Assembly (NCBI RefSeq): GCF_006345805.1
Contig: NC_043004.1
Span: forward strand, 45,446,001 to 45,510,000
Length of the DNA: 64,000 nucleotides
Reading direction: 5' to 3'
Source of the DNA: Octopus sinensis
Taxonomy: Eukaryota
Position 1 is the stretch's first letter. Each line of letters begins with the position of its first letter. The position numbers were made by a program, and so were the translations under genes. Positions 54,021 to 64,000 of this stretch are shown here, in pieces. The notes beneath the pieces are model-generated. The model saw only the letters and a program-made list of their open reading frames with translations. It was not told the origin of the DNA and made no database searches.

Positions 54021-55511
54021 CCAATATATACATCATCATTAGGATTTCTGTGGCCCTTAACAAGCTCAATTTATGTTCCCTTAGAATTTGAAATTTCTAT
54101 AATATATGTAACATTCAAAGCCTGAGTAAATAGCTGAGACAAATATTCACCAACACTTTGGACAAGGGTTAGCATAGATGCAGAATGTGTAGGGTCAATG
54201 CTTGATACACAGTGTCTGCACTTGGGTTTCTGGAGTTCAGTGGAAGCTTAATTTTGGTGCCCTCAGGATAATAATTTCTATAACAAGTACTGCCTGAGTA
54301 AGCAGCTGGAGACAAGTACTGAAAGTATTGACAAATATGTATATCACGCAAAGTAGCATGGATGTTGAATATTTAATGCTATTGGTTCATATGTAGCGTC
54401 CTCACAAGGTTTGGTGAGCGGTGCAGAGTAGAAGTACTCTCAGTTCTCCTAGAATTACAATACCTTATAATATTAGGAAAACTACAAATGTAAGAATAAC
54501 GTATAAATTACATTACACAAGTTAAACGGAAGAGTTCAAACATCGTCATACTTTAAGTCCGTTTTCCATGCTGGCATGGGTTGGCCGGTTTGATGCTCAT
54601 CATCATACTTTAACGTCCGTTTTCCATGAAAGCATGGGCTGGACAGTTTAACCAGGGCTGCCCCAGGCTCCAGTTTGATTCGGATTGGTTTCTGTGGCTG
54701 GATGCCCTTCCTAATGCCAGTCATTTTTCAGTGTGCATTGGGTGCTTTTAACATGCCACCGACATGAGTGCTTTTATGTGGCACCAGAACAGGACTTCTA
54801 CTGTGGAGGACAGGCCTCCTTGAGTATAGTATGACACCAGGTATCTTGGTCCAAATCTTTTCATGAATATAACTCAGAGGGAGAGAGACAGGCAGAGAGA
54901 CAATCAGAGAAAGAAAGACAGAAAGATTGTCTACATTACTCACAGTGATTTCAACACATTTTCAGATAATGATTGGAAGATTGATGGACGAGAAAAATTC
55001 TGATGATTGCCATTGGACTCTTGTAGATGTAAAAAAAAATCCTTTTTATAGAAAAGATTGTTAACAACAAAATAATAGATCTTATCTATTATGTTTTAGC
55101 TTTTATTTGTTTTTGCCATTCGACTGTGGCCTTGCTGGGGCACTTTCCTTCTTGAAGAGTTTATTTAAAACAAATCTACTATGATATTTATTTTTTAAAG
55201 TCTGGCACTCATTCTACCTATCTCTTTTGCTGGAACATTGAGTTACGGGGGCCATAAACAAACTAACAACGGTTGTCTCTTAAGCAATGGCAGGGAACAC
55301 ACACTTACACACACATGATGGGTATCCATGCCGTTTTCGTCTACCAACTCTACTTACGAAGCATCAGTTGATCCGGGGCTTTTGTAGAAGTCACTTGCCC
55401 AAAGTGTCGTCCGGTGGAGCCGAATCCGAAAATATGTGGCTTCAGAGCGAGCATCTTAATTACATGGCCATGATACTGAATAAAAACATACACTTTTCTG
55501 ACGAAACTATA

Positions 55512-55740
55512 TATTGGGTTGTCCGGAAAGTTCGTGCCGATTTTAAAGGAAAGAAAAAGGTCAATAAATACTTGCCATTACATTTTTAATCAACCAAATA
55601 TGACCATTCTGTTACACAATGTGTCTGCATCATTCCTTTAACTTGAAAATACCCTCTTCCCAGAATTGAGGTGGTTTCATGGCAAAGAATTCATCAAGGT
55701 ATCTTTTTACGTCATCCAAGGAATTGAAGTTTTTACCGTG
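55512..55740 (-). mobile_element. Mariner 3' end
   Basis: TA plus TIR TTGGGTTGTCCGGAAAGTTCG; translation GKNFNSLDDVKRYLDEFFAMKPPQFWEEGIFKL. Confidence 0.8.
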
Positions 55741-57165
55741 GCCATAGTTATGACGTGTCACTACCTCACATGCGGCTGATACCCCGCCTGTCTAGCCAAC
55801 TTATCGCGACTTCCAACTGACCCTGTTGATTTGTAGTAGTAGTAGTAGCAACAGCAGTTGTTGTTGTTGTTTAGGTTCTGGACACCCCTAGCCGAGAAGG
55901 AAAATCGTCAAAGACAATCTAAGCGTGACTGTACTGTCTTTCATCTAGACATTTTACACGTCTAGAACATTATCTAAATGTGACTGTCATTCACTTTTGA
56001 AGACGCTAGGGCGTAATGCGTAGTAGATTTGACTGCTCTTTTTAACAAATTCGATGATCAATTAAAGTCTCCATGTTTTCGCTGGTCAGAACTTGAGAGA
56101 CTTGGGAGAAGGTAATTAGTACTTTGAGATGAGACTGGAAAGAATGTTTGGTCGTCTTGAAATATACGTTGACACTTCATCAATACAAATGGACAGAATA
56201 TTTAAGTAGACAGCTATCATTTTCAATATAGTGAATCAATACATTTTAATTAATTAAAATAACATCTGCACTGACGAGAAAAGGGGGGAAAAATCTCATT
56301 AGCTTAATGACTAATTTTTGCAAGAATGTAAGGGAGACAATCCACGAAGTTAAATCTATGAGCTCTGACTGTATTGTAAACTCGTCGTTTGTCAATTGGT
56401 TATTTGTGATGATGATGATGATGATGTTGATGCTGATTAGTTCCACGTCTGCCTTAATCGAGCAACACCAAGATTAAAGCCATGCCATCCGTAACCACTC
56501 CGTAACTACACTTCTTGAGTGTAGAAAAGAAAAGCAATCAATCATGACGGTATTGTCTAATGTGTCCTTTTCTAGGACGGTGGGTGTGTGTGTGTGTGTG
56601 TGATGTGAAGGAGATTTTGTTACTATTTGTTGCACGTGGAACGACTGCGTGGAGGCTTCCAGATGTGGATAAGTAGATGATTTTTTCGAACTACAACGTT
56701 TGCTTGGAGCTTGTGTTTATCGCTGACTTCTCTCACTTTAAGAATCATTGCACGAATCTATCTAACACAGCTTCCTTTGTTCGTGGAAAGAAACTAATTT
56801 TAGCATGAGGCAAGGTAATGGATCACCTGTAAATTCCATGCAGTGTTGCCAGTTTATCTGCAATGCCTCCCGAGGAAGCCTCTGCACCGTGACTCTTCTA
56901 CCTAGAAAGTGCAGTTAACTTATCTCACTTCAAACACATTTTTTGTTAATTACACTCCGCTCCCCTCCTAAAATTTTCCTTATGTTTTTTTTTTTATTTC
57001 TTGTTCTTCATTTATATGTAAGCTTGGTTATTCTTCATATTTGCTATAGAAACTACTTCCTGAAGATGTGATTCTTATATCTTGCCTAATAGCTTTGTGA
57101 CGTAAGAATTATTGAGGCAGCTGTAGGAATGAACAAACTGAGATGTGATGTTACTTTTCATATAT

Positions 57166-57213
<48 letters not shown>

Positions 57214-57887
57214 AAGATGCAACAAAGATGATTAACGATAGATAATTGAGAAACCTACTACACAGTTAATTAAATTGAGGAAGAACTATTTATAATTAGG
57301 GCAGTCGTTCAAAAACAAAATGCTTTAATCAAAGAGCATTACATCCGTAGTAAAAGGAGAAAAACGTTGAGGCACAGTAATGCCTAGCATATAGGTATAG
57401 AAATATTTAGGAAATATTTCTAAATACTTAGATTTAATTATGTAAACATAACGCTTTCTGAAAAAATATTTTGCTACTTTTTGCTTCGTTCCTTACCCCT
57501 ACCTAAAAAAAAGACAGAAAATAATTACTGTTAATGATAATTCTTTTCAAGAAATACGCATGGAATAACACCAGAAGCTAAATTGGTTATGCATTGAACG
57601 TAGGTTTGCTTTGGTAAGCATTGTCGATTGTTAATCTGACTTTATCACAAATTTATGGTTATTGATTGTGCGCTAGAAAGTGAACCATTCAGAGACCAAT
57701 ACTGAATGCCTACGTATACGACATGGCTATATTGTTAGTATCACATTGATTGAGCATTCATATTTTCGGACAGAGCTCACGTCCTATTAACTCGGCATTT
57801 CACTCCAACAGCAGTGTAACCCCGACCCTTCCCGCAGCAAGGCAATGCACTGAGGGTTATTATAGTAATGTATTTGTTGACTGGCAC

Positions 57888-58205
57888 TTCATTGGTTGCG
57901 ACGACGAGGGTTCCAATTGATCCAATCAACAGAGTAGCCTGCTCGTGATATCAACGTTCACGTGACTGAGCCCTCCACAGACACGCGTACTCTTAACATA
58001 GATCTCATGGAGATTTAACGTGACAAAAAATGTGACAAGGCTGGCTCTTTGAAATACAGATACTAGTAGTTTTTGGCAGTTGAGTGGACTGCAGCGACGT
58101 GAAATAAAGTGTCTTGCTCAAGGTCACAAGGCACCATCGAGAATTGAACCCACGACCTTTCACTCTTAAGCCGAATACCCTAACCACTAAGCCACGCACC
58201 TTCAC
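57888..58205 (-). mobile_element. tRNA-derived CORE-like SINE
   Basis: Minus strand TGGCTTAGTGG / GTTCAATTCTC / TTGAGCAAGACACTTTATTTCACG. Confidence 0.8.
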
Positions 58206-58425
58206 AAGCATACATAAAAGAGTACTGGGATCTCAGACACATAAGGCCTCCAGCAGCTGATCAATGTGCCCATGTTTTAAAACAGCAGCAATACATTGAT
58301 CCTAATTTCATCTGCAATTTTGTAAATGGTCAACATTTGAGCCATTTAACCATCGTAAAAGCATCGAAGGGAACCACTTTCTATAGATCACACGACAGGG
58401 ATTAGAGAGTTTTAGAAACACTGTA

Positions 58426-58923
58426 CCGTAAATCCTCGAGTATAGTCCGCTCTTGAGTATAATACGCAGGGGATTTTTAGGGGGATGTACCTCTGAAAAA
58501 CCTAAACCTTGTGTATAATACGCACCCCTTCTCTAACGTGAGTCAAGGAGGTCTGCATACGGTAACGTCATTTATTATTATTGTATATATAACATAATGC
58601 AAACGTGTAGCTTTTTTGTGCATTTTGTTTGCAGAAAATAAAGAAATAACAGTAATAACGTTTTAATAAATGTTGCTTATTGCAAGTTATGGATGATACT
58701 TTTATGACTTCATTGCTTACAGTCTTAGCTTGAGATATTTTCGCGCCCAATATCACAAAATGCGTCTGAATAAACATCGCCAGACAGCAAATAGAGACTC
58801 GTGCATTGCTTAGAAAATATTTTTCATTTTTAACCTCGTATATAGTACGCACTAGGGATTTTGACCGTTAAATTTTTTTTTGGGGGGGGGGGGGGAATGC
58901 GGATTATACTCGAGGATTTACGG
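58426..58923. mobile_element. Tc2-like MITE, second copy
   Basis: TA TSD and perfect TIR CCGTAAATCCTCGAGTATA; aligns end to end with 38147-38656. Confidence 0.9.
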
Positions 58924-60107
58924 TATCTGAAATAAAGATGTGATGGTCGTAGCTGAAGCATCTCTGCTCGAGCAGGTTCTATCTTACTACATGACGGTAT
59001 AGCGACTTTAATATTCTCTTTCTATGTCTAATTAATTAACGGCGCCATCGTCGTCGTCGTCGTCAACATAATCATCATCCTCACTATCATCACCATCATT
59101 GTCTTCGCCATCAACAGCATTATCATTGCCATCATTTCACTTGTCGTCTTCGTCGTCATTGTCGTAATAATAATAATATGTTAACCTACAATCATATAAA
59201 AGTACTTCCTCGCATAAACTTTGCTTGCTCTTTGACATAATTACACAATACACCTCTCCACCTATGATGTAACACGATATATGTGAACGTAAACATAATT
59301 AAAAGTCCAGCTGTGAAGATTGGGTTTTAATTAAATTCTAAGTAAATGTGAACACGTAATCCGGAAGTGACCTGTCACGAATGTTCGAATTTTCTTGTAT
59401 TGACATTTCTCACCGTGAGTTGACGATCGTTTTGATAAATCATGTAATTTACAGGATGCGGAATGATAAGAGACTAACACAAGCTATGTGTACCAGGCGA
59501 GCCTAAGAGACAGAGCCTCTGTTTGGCAAATTTACCTGCTAACATTATCAACCAATTTTCTTTCAAATCACACTCGAACGTCTTTTAAAAACACATACAT
59601 AGGATTCTACAGTTTGGAGATCAACAACTGCTTTCTCTATAGTATTTGATATCATATTTTACGTATAAAATATCTCATATTTCCATGGAAATATTAACCT
59701 GTATATAAGAAATCTCTCTCTCTCTCTCTTGTCACTTTATTACTGTATTATTAACGATCTACGAGGAAAAGTAAATGAATATGTGTTAAAGTGTAAATTA
59801 TTTTCTTTGTATAATATATGTCTAGCATCGTAAAATGTTTACTTTAGAGAAATTTATTTGCTTTGGGTTATGCTATGCTAACGATTTCATAAAAAGATGA
59901 AATGATGTTATACATGGTTACTTACAACTGGGAATTTCAAGATCTTTATTCTATATAGAAATATTAAATATGTTTAATCTGTACTCCTTCATAACTTTTC
60001 GATTCAAAATTCACTCTTACAATCTTGCCCGATTGTCTCCTAAACGATAGCTGATCGCCAGGGCATGTCGCGTGTATCTCATATCTTCACCCATAATCCC
60101 ATCGCTA

Positions 60108-60635
60108 ACTAGATTTTCTAACTAGAAAGGGTATGGCCTGGTCAGCCTGTAATGACATGCATAAGATCTGGTCATCTAATCTAAGTAGAGACTTCAAACT
60201 TGAAATATTCAAAGCCACAGTCGAACCAATTCTACTATATGGCTCAGAAACCTGGACGTTATCAAAGAAGCTTGAGAGGCGGTTGGATGGAACCTACACT
60301 CGCCTCCTTATGAGAGCTCAAAATCTCTCGTGGAAGCGTCAGCCAATCAAAATGCAAATATATGGGAAACTACCACCTGTGTCATCTCTTGTGAAAGGTA
60401 GGAGAGTCCAGTTTGCTGGACATTGTTGTAGAGCTGAAAAAGAGGTAATTTCTACTCTTCTCCTCTGGAAGCCATCTACTCGCAATACCAGAGGGCACAC
60501 ACTCTCCTACCCTGATGTAATCTCCAGAGATACAGGCATCCAGCAACAGGACCTCCGTAATGCCATGATGGACCGTGAAGTCTGGCGTAGCATGGTAAAT
60601 TCCATTGTCTCGACCACGGTCGAACAATGATGATG
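60108..60635 (+). mobile_element. RTE-clade LINE 3' fragment with open frame (60133-60630)
   Basis: ILLYGSETWTLSKKLERRLDG...QFAGHCCR; (GAT)n tail; 12-bp TSD ATCCCATCGCTA. Confidence 0.95.
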
Positions 60636-61073
60636 ATCCCATCGCTAGCAATACTTACGTAAGCAGAAAAATTGAACAAATCACAAAACGAAAGTTGATA
60701 AAGAAAAAAATACCAACTCCTCAGTGATCCACCAATACATTAAATTTGAATGCCTTTTGATAAAGGCTCGATGTCCACTGAGAACTCCTTCCTTTGTAAC
60801 TCACTCGTAGGTCACTGCCACGAATGGCAATGTTTGATTTTTTTTATCCTTTCTCTTTTACTTGTGTCATTCATTGGATTGGGCCATGCCAGGGCACCGG
60901 CTTGGAGTATCTAGTTAAACAAATCAACCCCGATACTTATTTTTTAAAATATTGTACGCATTCTGTCAGTTTCTTTTTTCCAAAACTGTGTTAAGAGGAC
61001 GTAAACAAACCAACACCAGTTGTCAAGTGATGGTTGGCGGACAGACACAAAATGCACGTGCACACGTTATATA

Positions 61074-61315
61074 GGCGCAGGAGTGGCTGTGTGGTAAGTA
61101 GCTTGCTTACCAACCACATGGTTCCGGGTTCAGTCCCACTGCATGGCATCTTGGGCAAGTGTCTTCTACAATAGCCTCGGGCCGACCAATGCCTTGAGTG
61201 GATTTGGTGGACGGAAACTGAAAGAAGCCTGTCGTATATATATATATATATATATGAGTGTGTATATATATGTATATATATATATATGTGTGTGTGTATA
61301 TACATATGTGTGTAT

Positions 61316-61361
<46 letters not shown>

Positions 61362-61577
61362 ATATGTCTGTGTGTCTGTGTTTGTCCCCCTAGCATTGCT
61401 TGACAACCGATGCTGGTGTGTTTACGTCCCCGTCAATTAGCGGTTCGGCAAAATAGACCGATAGAATAAGTACTGGGCTTACAAAGAATAAGTCCCGGGG
61501 TCGATTTGCTCGACTAAAGGCGGTGCTCCAGCATGGCCACAGTCAAATGACTGAAACAAGTAAAAGAGTAAAAGAGA

Positions 61578-61578
<1 letters not shown>
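61074..61578 (+). mobile_element. SINE family A, CpG-rich copy beside an inverted partial copy
   Basis: End-to-end match with most CpGs retained. Confidence 0.9.
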
Positions 61579-61630
<52 letters not shown>

Positions 61631-62166
61631 TATGTGTGTGTACACGATAAGATTGTACATTGTCTTCGGTTTTCCATATTCACTTACAAGACATTGGTCA
61701 GTCCATGGCTATAGTAGAACAGTAGAAAGCACTTGCCGGAAACTATGTGGCAAAGTGAAGTTCTTAACCCCACGGCCATGCCTGTGTTTATTGTTTTACG
61801 CTACAAGGCTTCTTCCCACGAACGCGTCGCCAGTCCGTCGCATAATTAATTCCCAAATTCCATTGGTTGTTATTTTCGACTGAATATACTGAAGTAAATT
61901 ATATAAAATGCCTTACCCAAGCCCTCAGATCATTGCCTAGTTCGAGAATCGAATCCACGATCGTGAACCCAAGGACCTTAATCACTTGACCACACAACCT
62001 CATAAGTACACTATACTTTAAATAAATTTAGTGATGTTCATGGCCAGAACACTGTTGGTTGTAGGTTTGCTTCATTAAGTTAGACACGGGGTAAAACAAT
62101 AGCATTTACTTGTATTTACTTACTCAATGAACCAAGTAGAATAACTTTGATTAATCAAGACTGTAT

Positions 62167-62400
62167 GTGTTTCTTTATTACCGACAAGGGGCTAAACATA
62201 GAGGGGACAAACAAGGACAGACAAACGGATTAAGACGATTACATCGACCCCAGTACTTAACTGGTACTTAATTTATCGACGCCGAAAGGATGAAAGGCAA
62301 AGTCGACCTCGGTGGAATCTGAACTCAGAACGTAACGGCAGATGAAATACCACTTAGCATTTAGCCCAGCGTGCTAACGGTTCTGCCAGCTCGCCGCCTT
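62167..62400 (-). mobile_element. SINE family B, full length
   Basis: 16-bp TSD TTAATCAAGACTGTAT at 62151-62166 and 62401-62416. Confidence 0.92.
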
Positions 62401-62680
62401 TTAATCAAGACTGTATAATTGCATAGAGGAAAGATAACATTGTAGAGTAACGTTAATCCAAAGACAAGGGTAACAAGAATTCCCAAAGAAAGAAAAATGT
62501 ATATTAATTGGTTGTATACTGTCAATCTAACAAGAACGTGACAGTAGGGGGGTACACTACCGTTGTATAGCCCTAGGAGGCATCGAACGCCTCCTGACAG
62601 CTTCGACACATTTTTTTTTCCTGTGTCCTTATATACATATACGAAGGATAGACAAACACCCCCAACCGCCGGAACTGCAT

Positions 62681-62724
62681 CTAGGGACACCGTGTTTCAG
62701 GATCATTGTCCTTCATCGGCCTAA
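62681..62724 (-). ncRNA. Near-complete type-I hammerhead ribozyme-like motif
   Basis: UUAGG CCGAUGA AGGA CAAUGA UCCU GAAA CAC G GUG UC^ CCUAG: all three stems pair, GUC site, one core substitution (U4C). Confidence 0.7.
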
Positions 62725-63180
62725 CGTACTGGAACTTGTATGAATTAGAACTAGAAATATGTAGTGTTTAGGAGCACGAGGATGACCGACTTTTCACAAA
62801 CCAGTGTTTTCCATGTTTGTTTACATAGCTCTTTAGCATTTAAACTAGTCATATCTAGCTCAAATATTCTTCTTGTCTTATATTCAAAGCGACCGGATCC
62901 GGCCTTTCACACCTACCTTACAATGTCATTCTAAAAACATATCATCAAAATCTCAAAGCTATGAGGTAATGCATAATTAATTCAAGATAATGTGCTTAAA
63001 TAAGCATTACATTTATACGAAGAACATTGGTGTTTGTTGCGATTTCTGATAAGCAAAAATTTTATTTTCGTCCGCAAAAGCAAATGTTGTTACTACGAAC
63101 GACAAAACTTCGAAAGAGTTTTGAATGTTATTGTTCATGGTGTAGTCGTAGCAGCAGATAAAGTGTGGTTAGTTTCTTAC

Positions 63181-63410
63181 GGTACCACTGACTTCAAATG
63201 GCATTCATTCTCCGACTGTTCATTGCCTTTGTGTTGTCAGCTGCTGTTTGCCATCTCCTACAGTGTCCGCCAATACTCTCTGCTGCATTCCAACGCTCTC
63301 TGTCAAGCCGTCACGGTGTGTCGATTTATACTGATTGATAGACTCAGTAAGAAGCGCGCCAAAAGATGAAATCGCTACTGGAGCCTATTTCACGCGAAGG
63401 CCTGATTGGT
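63181..63410 (-). promoter_or_regulatory. Candidate promoter and first exon
   Basis: Minus strand CCAAT (63405-63409), TTTTGGCGCGC (63354-63364), TATAAAT (63324-63330), then donor CC|GTAAGA at 63181/63180; motif evidence only. Confidence 0.3.
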
Positions 63411-63436
63411 CAGAGTTTGTTTATACGTGGGTAATG

Positions 63437-63670
63437 GGGGCGAGCTGGCAGAAACGATAGCACGCCGGGCGAAATGCGTAGCCGTATTTCGTCTGCCGTG
63501 ATGTTCTGGGTTCAAATTCCGCCGAGGTCAACTTTGCCTTTCATCCTTTCAGGGTCGATTAAATAAGTACCAGTTACGCACTGAGGGTCGATGTAATCGA
63601 CTTAATCCATTTGTCTGTCCTTGTTTGTCCCCTCTGTGTTTAGCCCCTTGTTGGTAGTAAAGAAATAAAT
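63437..63670 (+). mobile_element. SINE family B, full length
   Basis: Matches 62167-62400 in the opposite orientation. Confidence 0.9.
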
Positions 63671-64000
63671 ATTCTAGCTAATCGCGACATCGAGTAATTG
63701 CTGAATACTCCCATTAGACATTTGACATAGGAATCTGAATGCTATAGGGGTTAAAGATCACGAGCAGCCATACATTTTGATACCGAGGATGATGTTCCTG
63801 ATGAACGCGCTATCGACTGAACTTAAAGACAAGCAGCATTAACTGTGCAGTAGCATCAAGGTAGCTGTCTTCTTCTAAGACTTGGTACACTAGAAAAATT
63901 ACACGAAATCACATCATAGACACACACACATACCAACATCAGTGGGGGTGTAATAGATTGCCAAAGGTTTGTATCTGACGTATATATTTCTCACTATAGC

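Noticed and set aside
228-61578. Strand bias of SINE A as evidence of a host transcription direction
   Set aside because: A rough count of about 9 plus and 13 minus copies is not convincing
63796-63830. CTGATGA as another hammerhead (also at 10666 and 24385)
   Set aside because: No stem II followed by GAAA

Overview
This is AT-rich, microsatellite-dense eukaryotic DNA. The SINE families (recognised from memory, not by search) fit an octopod cephalopod (Octopus). No host protein-coding gene can be called with confidence, and nearly all supplied ORFs are microsatellite or SINE artefacts. The window is mostly nested mobile DNA: several tRNA-derived SINE families; RTE, CR1 and Tx1/L1 LINE fragments; a Penelope-like GIY-YIG fragment; three mariner relics; Tc2-like, Merlin-like and piggyBac-like MITEs; and Helitrons. 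Best second-look signals: (1) seven minimal type-I hammerhead-ribozyme-like motifs, two of them one substitution from the consensus core, one directly behind the Penelope endonuclease and a tRNA-like A/B-box segment; (2) several long fold-back palindromes; (3) an apparent CpG-decay boundary near 55.5 kb, with a promoter-like segment at about 63.3 kb and scattered minus-strand splice signals. Repeat boundaries are approximate unless a TSD or TIR is quoted.
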